Shown here: in pieces, positions 56,302 to 64,000 of the stretch
Layout: every line of letters begins with the position of its first letter
Position numbering within the stretch: position 1 is the stretch's first letter
Assembly: GCA_021799875.1 (NCBI GenBank)
Contig: JAJYZP010000003.1
Coordinates: forward strand, 216 to 64,215
Reading direction: 5' to 3'
Source of the DNA: Actinomycetes bacterium
GTDB lineage: Bacteria; Actinomycetota; Acidimicrobiia; Acidimicrobiales; Acidimicrobiaceae
Length of the DNA: 64,000 bases
The notes under the pieces: generated by a model
What the model was told of the DNA's origin: nothing
The model's input: the letters and a program-made list of their open reading frames with translations, nothing else
Databases searched by the model: none
Translations under genes and position numbers: made by a program

Positions 56302-57719
56302 GGATTGGCGAGTACCGGAGAAGGCGTAGTAGCCGGGTTGTTAAACCCGTCCCACGGGGTGGATAAATATGGAAACGCTGTAGCGTACCGCTCCATAATC
56401 GTGCTGAGACCCGATACTGAGGTCTTCGACGGATCAACTAAGTCATAGATGAGCCCGGCTGCTGGATCGGCAGAGTAGCTTGGAGCCACGAGCGGATAGG
56501 TTGCTCCGGCGACTGCTCGTAGCTCTATCGTGGTCACATCGTCGAAGACTCGTCGCCCATTTGGGAATCCTGCAGCGTCGCCTCCAAGGAGCCCGTAGAT
56601 GCTGGGATTTGTTGATGGTGGTACAGCAACGTTGAGTCGCAACATGTCGGCGTAGATTGGCCCTGTGTAGTTCTGGAAGCCAGGCACAACGCCGGTCGGA
56701 ATTCCGGTCAGAAGGATCGCTACGAGGTCTGCGCGTGCTGCGGTAAGCCCTGCTAGGTGTGGGAAGACGCCAGGATAGAGTACAGGAAGCAGGCCGGCTA
56801 GCTCGGGGTGTTGGTACGACGAAATGAACTGCTCGTCTTGACTAGGATAGCTTGCGTTCCAGGCGTCTTTCTGACCCATTGGAATGATGACTTCGTTGAT
56901 CAGGGGATTGCCGAGCCGAGAGACCTGCTGGAAGGGACCGGCACTCAGACCCTGACCTTCACTTTCACCGGTTATGCGAACCTTTTGCCTACTTGCGGTT
57001 GTCCAGATGCCTATCGTTGCGTTTGGATCGGTTACCGAGGATGGCATCGTGCCATTTGCAGTTACCGAGCTGATCGGTATCTGTAGCGCGATGGTATGCA
57101 CGTTGAGTCCCGCAGTAGCGTTAACCCCAGCTGCGGCGGGTCCTGGAATGATCTGATCAGGGGAGAATGCTCGGAGATCTCCCAGATCGAAGATGGACCC
57201 AAGGTCAACGTAGAACCCTTCAGCACGCTGTCCGGCGAAAACTGTAATTCCGTCTGGGAGTGACGTGATTGCAGCTTGAGCGAGCGTACCGTAGTGCGGA
57301 ATCGACCGTACTCCGACATTACAAGGTGGGCAGGGAATGTTCTCGCCAAGTAGTTCTTGTCGCCCGTTTTGTATCCGAACAACGCTGTAGAACTGTCGAC
57401 GGTTCCACGTAGGACTGTCGAGACTTTGGATCTGTCCGGTGTTGTAGAGAAAAGTTGATGGGTCAGCCATCACGGTTGTGAAGCTAAACTGGTAAACGAT
57501 ATCTGCTTGAGCATCTCCGCTGTTGGAGATGTTGATCTCGTAGAGAACATCGTCACCGAACTCGTAGAAGTTCGGCCCTCCTGCGGGGAGCTGCAGGGGA
57601 ACGTAGTTGGCAATGACCGTAATGGTGTCTGGTCGATCTGGACTCACAAAGGCATAGAGATCGGTCGAATCAGCTACGGGATCTTGAGAGATGCTAGGCG
57701 CTTCTCGATGAGACGACAT
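56298..57719 (-). CDS. DUF4331 domain-containing protein (no signal peptide)
   Basis: The N-terminus MSSHREAPSISQDPVADSTDLYAFVSPDRPDTITVIANYVP is the hallmark start of the DUF4331 domain. 473 aa. Confidence 0.85.
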   Translation of the reverse strand: MSSHREAPSISQDPVADSTDLYAFVSPDRPDTITVIANYVPLQLPAGGPNFYEFGDDVLYEINISNSGDAQADIVYQFSFTTVMADPSTFLYNTGQIQSLDSPTWNRRQFYSVVRIQNGRQELLGENIPCPPCNVGVRSIPHYGTLAQAAITSLPDGITVFAGQRAEGFYVDLGSIFDLGDLRAFSPDQIIPGPAAAGVNATAGLNVHTIALQIPISSVTANGTMPSSVTDPNATIGIWTTASRQKVRITGESEGQGLSAGPFQQVSRLGNPLINEVIIPMGQKDAWNASYPSQDEQFISSYQHPELAGLLPVLYPGVFPHLAGLTAARADLVAILLTGIPTGVVPGFQNYTGPIYADMLRLNVAVPPSTNPSIYGLLGGDAAGFPNGRRVFDDVTTIELRAVAGATYPLVAPSYSADPAAGLIYDLVDPSKTSVSGLSTIMERYATAFPYLSTPWDGFNNPATTPSPVLANP

Positions 57720-57751
57720 AGTTTGTTTTCCTTTCGGTGAAATCGGTATGG

Positions 57752-58054
57752 CTAGGAATTGCTGGTGGACTTGGCTGCGCTGAGGAGTTGACTGACGAGT
57801 GCTCGATCGTGGTGGATGATCTCTTGCTCGCCGAGATAGATATGAATCTCGCCCGTCTTGCGATCGGTGATGTGGGCGACGAGACCACTCGAGGAATTCG
57901 GTAGGGCGCTTTGTGATCGCGTTCCTTTTCGGGGCGAGCTGCTGCGGCGGGTACCTCCGATAAGGGGAACCGCAGTGACTGCCGCTGCGGCGGCAAGTCC
58001 GACCGAGGTTTTTTGAATGAACGCTCGTCGTGAAAGCTGGGCCATGTACTTCAT
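57752..58054 (-). CDS. Small protein with twin-arginine (Tat) signal peptide
   Basis: MKYMAQLSRRAFIQKTSVGLAAAAAVTAVPLIGG contains an S-R-R-x-F-I-x motif plus an h-region. ATG 58054 has AAAGGA upstream. The listed ORF starts at 58156. Confidence 0.55.
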   Translation of the reverse strand: MKYMAQLSRRAFIQKTSVGLAAAAAVTAVPLIGGTRRSSSPRKGTRSQSALPNSSSGLVAHITDRKTGEIHIYLGEQEIIHHDRALVSQLLSAAKSTSNS

Positions 58055-58454
58055 CCTTTCTTGTGGGGTAAGTGTTGGGTTCTCAAGATTGCGTAACCGC
58101 TCCAACACCGCTGTACGTTGTAGGAAAGGAGTGCGGATTAATCGGGGTGAGCGCACTGACCATGATCGAGTTTGGACAGTGTCTGCTCTGATGCTGGTCG
58201 CCTGTCCGGTCCACGACTCGCAGCACGAAGGCGAGATATGGTCTTAAGACTCGATCGGTCCATACGACTCTGGCTTCGAAGAGTGCCACAACGTAGAGTC
58301 TGTGTAGAGCCTGAGAAAAGAAGGCTCGAGTCGATCGATGCATCGATTGTCGTGTCAAACTCATTCTTTTTTGGGTAGAGGAACCCTAGAGTTGAAAGAG
58401 AGTTGCCCACAGTAGAGAGCTGGATATCTTCTCTTACGTCAGTGATGGTAGTTC

Positions 58455-60236
58455 GTGGTACCGTTTGACGTCGATAGGCACCGATTAGAGAAATTGCAAA
58501 GGCGGTTCGTGAAAACGCTTGATGGTCGAGAAGTTCAAAGACGTCATGCCTCTCGCCGTAGTGCCCTGCGGCTTTCGTTGTATGTAGTCGGCGGAGTGAT
58601 TGGGGTTGCACTTGTCGCGTTCGCAGCCTTCATTGTGACTCAGTGGCCCAAGGCTCAACTTCACCGCTCTGCGATAGGACTCGCAAGGTTAGAGACGACC
58701 GGTATTAGTCAGTCTGTTGCAGCTGTCACCGCATCGGAAGGCTCTTTCCCGGTTCACGCATCGGTCGACGGTTCGATTGTCACTCCATCGGAGAGTATTA
58801 GGCAAGGTGTCCACGTTAAGGTCTCTGTTCGCCTCGAGCGACCGAGCTGGATATCGTGGCTCGTAGGTAGATATGCGAGCGTCAGCCTCGCCGTCAAGAC
58901 TCCTCGATCCACCCCTACCGGACCTGTCGCTGTTGGCGGAATGCACGGATCTCTGCTACTTGGTTTCTCCAGTCCGATCCGGCGCCTGCTTGTGGTGCAT
59001 GGAGCCACTCGCCAGTTCGTGACGCTCTCTCGACCTAGCACCGCAGTAGATCTTTCGAAGTTTACAGCTGGGCTTAACGCTGGAGTTGTTGGCGTGGCGG
59101 GAGCCCCGAATACCTGGGAATCCTTCGCAGTGCCTCGGTCTATAACGTTCTTCCGGGTCCAGTCCAGCCAACCGGCGCCCCTAGCTGTCGTCAATACGAA
59201 CCTCTTATCGCTTGCACCTAGTTCGCAGATCTCTTTAACTCTGTCCAAGCCGGTCCATGAGGTCTTTGGGTCTTCTCTTCCATCGATAACCCCATCGATC
59301 GCTGGCGCCAATCCCGTGACCGGTAAGTGGTCACAGACTGGGTCGTACACGCTCCAGTTCACACCAACGGCGCCCACTTTTTGGCCAGGCGAGAGTTTTT
59401 CTCTCTCATTGCCGGCTGCAATCTCGCTTGTGAACTCGACGACCCATCAAGTCGGTACCGCTTCAAAGAGCCTGAACCTACAAGGTATGGCGCCCTCTGT
59501 GACTCGGCTGCAAGAGATGCTGGCCGCTTTAAACTACCTTCCAGTTAGTTTCTCACCGTCTTCGACGATATCGAATGCAGCCGTGACCCTTGGTAACTCC
59601 GTCACTGCTCCACTCCCGGGATCGTTCGCATGGAGATGGGCTGTTCCCTCTGCGCTCTCTTCTCAGTGGTCGGTGGGTCAAGACACACCGGTCACGAAAG
59701 GCGCCATTATGGCGTTTGAGCAGTTCAATCATCTCGACTCGATTGGGCTTGCGAACCCCTTGCTTTGGCCGACGCTGGTTCATGATGTCGCTTCGCATGC
59801 GCTCGATCCGCATCGGTACTCGTGGATTGAAGTAACCAAGACGAGACCTGAGATGTTGCAGCTGTATGAGAATGGAGCGGTGGTTACGAGTGGTCTCGTG
59901 AATACCGGCATAGCGGGCCTAAACACTACCGTGGGTACCTTCCCCATATACCTCCGGTTTCCTCAAAACTACATGAGCGGAACAAATCCGAATGGGACTA
60001 AGTACCATGACCACGTCTTTTGGATTAACTACTTCTTAGGTAGTGAGGCAGTCCACGGCTTTGTACGTGCTTCGTATGGCTTTCCCCAGAGCTTGGGATG
60101 TGTTGAACTACCTGTTGCAACTGCGCAGGTGATCTACCCTCAGGTGCATATCGGTACTCCGGTTACGGTTCTGCCTCAAGGCGATGCAGCAGCGACGGTT
60201 CCATCGATGCCCGCGCCCACCCTCGTTACGAGTTAG
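58455..60236 (+). CDS. L,D-transpeptidase (YkuD domain) with N-terminal membrane anchor and long Ig-like/spacer region
   Basis: C-terminal HGFVRASYGFPQSLGCVELP fits the H...GC catalytic motif of YkuD. TM segment LSLYVVGGVIGVALVAFAAFIV near the N-terminus. Confidence 0.8.
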   Translation: MVPFDVDRHRLEKLQRRFVKTLDGREVQRRHASRRSALRLSLYVVGGVIGVALVAFAAFIVTQWPKAQLHRSAIGLARLETTGISQSVAAVTASEGSFPVHASVDGSIVTPSESIRQGVHVKVSVRLERPSWISWLVGRYASVSLAVKTPRSTPTGPVAVGGMHGSLLLGFSSPIRRLLVVHGATRQFVTLSRPSTAVDLSKFTAGLNAGVVGVAGAPNTWESFAVPRSITFFRVQSSQPAPLAVVNTNLLSLAPSSQISLTLSKPVHEVFGSSLPSITPSIAGANPVTGKWSQTGSYTLQFTPTAPTFWPGESFSLSLPAAISLVNSTTHQVGTASKSLNLQGMAPSVTRLQEMLAALNYLPVSFSPSSTISNAAVTLGNSVTAPLPGSFAWRWAVPSALSSQWSVGQDTPVTKGAIMAFEQFNHLDSIGLANPLLWPTLVHDVASHALDPHRYSWIEVTKTRPEMLQLYENGAVVTSGLVNTGIAGLNTTVGTFPIYLRFPQNYMSGTNPNGTKYHDHVFWINYFLGSEAVHGFVRASYGFPQSLGCVELPVATAQVIYPQVHIGTPVTVLPQGDAAATVPSMPAPTLVTS

Positions 60237-60545
60237 GCGATTGAACGAGGTCGCTCTCGTTTCAGTTTGAGGCTTGTCGTATTGAGAAGATGCTGGACTC
60301 ACGTGCGCGTATGGTGGCAACTGCGCTCTCGTTGTACATGCTGCTTTGACGGCGCACGCGATACTCCCAGTAGTTGACAACACGCTACGAGAGCTGTGCA
60401 GGCTGGTGCACTTGTCGTCACAGCCATCAGTATTTCGTTGTTGTCGCTGGATCTGTGGAGGTGGTGACTAATGAGATCTCGTTCGGTGCGGTAGTGTGAG
60501 AACCTGAGAATGGTTAGTGGCCGCTGCCGGCGAATGAGGAGGATA

Positions 60546-62306
60546 ATGTCACCGACGAGACCTGAACTAAGTGGGAGCTTCGGAATGGCTTCAGCGACCC
60601 ACTGGCTCGCCGCCGCTTCGGCGATGTCGATTTTGGAACGCGGGGGAAATGCGTTCGACGCTGCGGTGGCTGGAGGCCTTGTTCTCCAAGTTGTTGAGCC
60701 CCACCTTAATGGACCAGGTGGTGAAGTACCGATTTTAATTCATAGAGGTGCGACGGGCGAGATCTCCTTGCTTTGTGGACAGGGTCCGATTCCAAGCGGG
60801 GCATCGGTGAGTGCGGTTCGAGATCTTGGGCTGACGCAAGTACCAGGTACTGGGATGCTTGCTGTTTGCGTACCGGGTGCTTTTGGCGCCTGGATGACTC
60901 TGCTCGAGCAGTTTGGGCGACTCTCGCTCGAGGAAGTCATGGCTCCTGCGCTTCGCTATGCACGTGGAGGATTCCGACTTCTACCTCGAGCTGCAGCGAC
61001 GATAGCTGCGCAACGACAGAACTTCCTCGATCACTGGCCTACTTCGGCACAGGTCTATCTCGATCATGGCCAGGCTCCAGCAGGTAACTCTCAGTGGCGG
61101 AACCTTCTGCTTGCAGAGACCTATGAACGGATCCTCTCTGAGGCGACGGCAGGTGAGGGCGATCGCGATCGCCAGATCGACCGAGCTCGACGAGTCTTCT
61201 ATGAAGGATTTGTTGCCGAGCGTATGGCTGATTTTGTCCAGAACCATGAGAGTATGGACGAGAGTGGAGCACCTCACTCGGGTTTCCTGACTGGAGATGA
61301 CCTTGCCGACTGGAGACCATCGCTCGAGAGGCCACTTTCGCTAGCGTATAAAGGCAAGACGATTTACAAGGCTGGTCCGTGGTCTCAGGGGCCGGTCTTT
61401 TTGCAACAGTTGAAGATCTTGGAAGGTTTCGACCTCGATTCCTTAGATCCTACGTCGGCCGAGTACATCCACACCGTGGTCGAGTCGGCGAAGCTTTGCT
61501 TCGCAGATCGTGATGCATACTACGGTGATCCCGAAGCAGTATCGATTCCAATGGAACAACTGCTCTCTAGCACTTACGCCGAGGAGCGTAGGAGACTCAT
61601 CGAGCACACTGCGTCCCTAGAGTTTCGACCCGGGATTGCGGGAGACAGGGGACCTTGGGTTCCTGACCCGCAGCTCGTTGGTGGGGTGGAAGGCGTCGGA
61701 GCCGGAGCACCGCCGGATCCAATTGGTCGTGATACCTGTCATATCGATGTTGTTGATGCAGAAGGTAATGTAGTCTCCGCTACGCCGTCGGGTGGATGGT
61801 TGCATGGAGGCCCTTGCGTCCCGGAGCTCGGTTTTTCTCTCTCTACACGTGCTCAGATGGGATGGCTCGACGATCGATCACCCTCGGCATACGTGGGTGG
61901 TCGTCGTCCACGGACTACTCTCAGTCCGTCTCTGGTCGTTGATGACGACGGTAGAGTGACGGGGTTTGGAACCCCTGGAGGAGATCAGCAGGATCAATGG
62001 TCGTTTCTGTTCTTTCTCCGCCGCATACATGGACAGCGAGATCTTCAAGAGGCAATCGATACTCCGACGTTTCATATCTCGCACCTCTACTCGTCGTTCT
62101 ATCCCAGAACCATCTTGCATGGCCGTATCAATGTTGAAGGTCGTATCTCGCCTGAGGTTGTCGCTGAGCTTCGGGAGCGAGGTCATGACGTCGTCGTGGA
62201 TGGTCGTTGGAGCCTCGGGCGGGTCTGTGCAGTTAGTTTCTACAGGGGCGAGCTTACAGCTGGGTCTGATCCTCGCCAAGACCAGGCTTATGCAGTTGGC
62301 CGGTGA
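60546..62306 (+). CDS. ggt: Gamma-glutamyltransferase family protein
   Basis: GGNAFDAAVA N-terminal block, the autoprocessing/catalytic region DTCHIDVVDAEGNVVSATPSGG, and TPGGDQQDQ. Start is 60546, or 60534, or 60510. Confidence 0.9.
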   Translation: MSPTRPELSGSFGMASATHWLAAASAMSILERGGNAFDAAVAGGLVLQVVEPHLNGPGGEVPILIHRGATGEISLLCGQGPIPSGASVSAVRDLGLTQVPGTGMLAVCVPGAFGAWMTLLEQFGRLSLEEVMAPALRYARGGFRLLPRAAATIAAQRQNFLDHWPTSAQVYLDHGQAPAGNSQWRNLLLAETYERILSEATAGEGDRDRQIDRARRVFYEGFVAERMADFVQNHESMDESGAPHSGFLTGDDLADWRPSLERPLSLAYKGKTIYKAGPWSQGPVFLQQLKILEGFDLDSLDPTSAEYIHTVVESAKLCFADRDAYYGDPEAVSIPMEQLLSSTYAEERRRLIEHTASLEFRPGIAGDRGPWVPDPQLVGGVEGVGAGAPPDPIGRDTCHIDVVDAEGNVVSATPSGGWLHGGPCVPELGFSLSTRAQMGWLDDRSPSAYVGGRRPRTTLSPSLVVDDDGRVTGFGTPGGDQQDQWSFLFFLRRIHGQRDLQEAIDTPTFHISHLYSSFYPRTILHGRINVEGRISPEVVAELRERGHDVVVDGRWSLGRVCAVSFYRGELTAGSDPRQDQAYAVGR

Positions 62307-63060
62307 GAGGGAGAGACCGGGCCTAGAAGACCGGTCACCTCCACTTCGAATTCAAATAGCTTCGTCGATTAAGGCCGCTATCGTCCGAGGCGAATGGGGC
62401 TTTGGCGCACACCTGATTGAAGTTGAGACAGCAGCTCGATTGGGTGTGAGCAGGATACCCGTACGAGAAGCTTTTCAAGTGCTCGCAAGCGAGGGGTGGG
62501 TAGATCTTCGAAGCAACCATGGGGCATTCGTACATCGTCCAACTGCCCGCGAGATAGACGAGGTCTTCAGCGTTCGAACGGCATTGGAGTCCGAGGCTGC
62601 TTCGCAGCTCGCTCGTCGAGTCCACCTAGGGCATGTCTCGAGCGACGAGATAGGTCTACTTCGACGCATTTTCGAAAATGGTCGCGCTGACATTGCTCAT
62701 GGTATCTCCTCTGATGTCGTTGACCATAACGCCGAGCTCCACTCTTGTATTGTTCGCTTAGCAGATAACAAGGTACTTGCCTCGTTCACCTCGTCAATTG
62801 AGGAGAGGGTGCGCTGGTATTTCGCCGCTATAGCGGTTCGGCGTGCTCCCGCCTCGTGGGAGGAACACGCTGGTGTCATCGAGGCAATAGAGCGTGGTAA
62901 CAGCGAAGAGTCGAGGGAGCGTATGTGGATGCATTGTGATCGAAGTCGTCTAGGGCTCATTACCTTAGATTTGGCTACTCCTGAGAACCAGGTGGCGTCA
63001 ACCGGAGATCTCGATCGTTTCGAAGACCTTTGTGTCGAGGCTCAGGAATCGAAGGGGTGA
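62290..63060 (+). CDS. GntR family transcriptional regulator (FadR/FCD subfamily)
   Basis: wHTH ETAARLGVSRIPVREAFQVLASEGWVDLRSNHGAFV followed by a helical FCD-like C-terminal domain. ATG 62290 overlaps the ggt end by 17 nt. The listed ORF start at 61966 lies inside ggt. Confidence 0.85.
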   Translation: MQLAGERERPGLEDRSPPLRIQIASSIKAAIVRGEWGFGAHLIEVETAARLGVSRIPVREAFQVLASEGWVDLRSNHGAFVHRPTAREIDEVFSVRTALESEAASQLARRVHLGHVSSDEIGLLRRIFENGRADIAHGISSDVVDHNAELHSCIVRLADNKVLASFTSSIEERVRWYFAAIAVRRAPASWEEHAGVIEAIERGNSEESRERMWMHCDRSRLGLITLDLATPENQVASTGDLDRFEDLCVEAQESKG

Positions 63061-63076
63061 GGTCACTGTGCAATTC

Positions 63077-63106
63077 GGCACTCAAAGGCTGCCGCCCTTG
63101 AGTGCC
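63077..63106. terminator. Stem-loop terminator between convergent genes
   Basis: GGCACTCAA (63077-63085), 12-nt loop, TTGAGTGCC (63098-63106), followed by GTTGTTT. Confidence 0.5.
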
Positions 63107-63163
63107 GTTGTTTAGTCATCGCTAGCTTAAGAAGTGGCGCCTCGTCGTGGCCGGATAGTTGAA

Positions 63164-64000
63164 CTAGCCTCGTACTCTTCTGCCGTTCTTGAAAACTCCA
63201 CGTATATTTGCCTTCAAGTTCGCGAAATCGTCGAGGTCTCCGGCAAGTAGCACGAGGTCCGCTCGTTTTCCGATCTCGATCGTACCGCGATCGTTGTTGA
63301 CTCCCAGGAGCGCAGCAGCTGACGAGGTGGTAGCGTGATAGACCTGTTCTGTTGAGAGCCCTCCACGATGCATGAGGTCGAGTTCCTCGAGATTGTTTCC
63401 ATGAGGCCCGACGCCGCTGTCGGTGCCCATCGCGATCTTGACACCGGCACGAACCGCTCGAGAGAATGAGTCGCGATGAATTTCCATGACCTCACGAGCC
63501 TTATTAACTGAGGTCTCCGGGATGCTTGCACCAGCGTCTGCGGCATCGATAACGGCCTTGGGAGCGACGAGCGTTGGGACGAGCCAGGTGCCCCGATCGA
63601 TCATCATCTCGATCGCCTCGTCGTCGAGGAATATGCCGTGCTCTATCGATCGGATCCCAGCTCGAATGGCGCTTTTGATACCGTCGGTTGCTTGCGCGTG
63701 GGCCATAACAAAGATACCGGCTGCGGTTGCCTCGGCAACGAGAGTTGTCAACTCATCATCTCGGAAGTGAGCATGTCGGGGGTCGTCGCGAGGGGAGAGG
63801 ACGCCTCCCGATGTGAAGACCTTGATGACATCTGCTCCCGCTCGGATGAGCTCTCTGACCTTACGACGCACCTCTTCCGGTCCATCGACGATGCCACCTG
63901 GTCGGCCAGGATGTGCAACGCTATGCGGCACGACGCACCCGAACGGCATCCAACCGTCGCCATGTCCTCCAGTTTGACTGAGGGCACTGATTGAGATCTG
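63164..64000 (-). CDS. Metal-dependent amidohydrolase family protein (5' end beyond window)
   Basis: Motifs VMAHAQ, IEHG, GTDSG and ADLVLL. The reading frame stays open from 63949 to the window edge (…TGGHGDGWMPFG), so the gene is truncated by the window. Confidence 0.8.
   Translation of the reverse strand, partial: QISISALSQTGGHGDGWMPFGCVVPHSVAHPGRPGGIVDGPEEVRRKVRELIRAGADVIKVFTSGGVLSPRDDPRHAHFRDDELTTLVAEATAAGIFVMAHAQATDGIKSAIRAGIRSIEHGIFLDDEAIEMMIDRGTWLVPTLVAPKAVIDAADAGASIPETSVNKAREVMEIHRDSFSRAVRAGVKIAMGTDSGVGPHGNNLEELDLMHRGGLSTEQVYHATTSSAAALLGVNNDRGTIEIGKRADLVLLAGDLDDFANLKANIRGVFKNGRRVRG

Noticed and set aside
1-64000. Looked for CRISPR arrays, integrases or transposases, prophage genes, toxin-antitoxin pairs, reverse transcriptases, rRNA and tRNA genes
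   Set aside because: I recognised none in any frame or in the intergenic regions. The window looks like core chromosome rather than an accessory island.

Overview
GC-rich bacterial chromosomal segment. Gene content and codon style look actinobacterial, but that is inference and I cannot name the species. It is densely coding and almost entirely housekeeping or metabolic. I saw no integrase, transposase, phage gene, CRISPR array, rRNA or convincing tRNA.

Main blocks:
- Cobalamin genes: cobI at the left edge, then a divergent locus at 11.3-23.2 kb. cobO-cobB lie on the minus strand. A cobalamin riboswitch on the plus strand precedes cobU-cobS-cbiB-cobQ-cobN and a ChlI/ChlD-fusion chelatase.
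- A secreted NHL-like protein with six 42-aa tandem repeats, followed by an ECF sigma / anti-sigma pair and a GGDEF cyclase.
- Rieske oxygenase + NCS1 permease, FabI and an MFS transporter.
- An Mre11/SbcD-like nuclease with a hook-less SMC-like ATPase.
- One-carbon genes fhs and fchA.
- Formamidase + APC permease.
- A four-gene metal ABC importer behind a Fur-box-like palindrome.
- A YfhO-like giant membrane protein plus a 440-aa orphan.
- An LLM oxidoreductase-DUF885-TIGR04076 operon.
- A trio of Tat-signal mini-protein, DUF4331 and a small ORF.
- An L,D-transpeptidase, GGT, a GntR regulator and two amidohydrolases.

I found no clear-cut new system. The most checkable oddities are:
- the signal-less DUF4331 protein next to a Tat-signal mini-protein;
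- the recently homogenised 42-aa repeat domain;
- three unusually long non-coding gaps, two of which carry heptanucleotide microsatellites;
- the SMC-like ATPase that lacks a zinc hook.

All functional calls come from motif recognition by eye, with no database search. Many start codons are uncertain by tens of codons.
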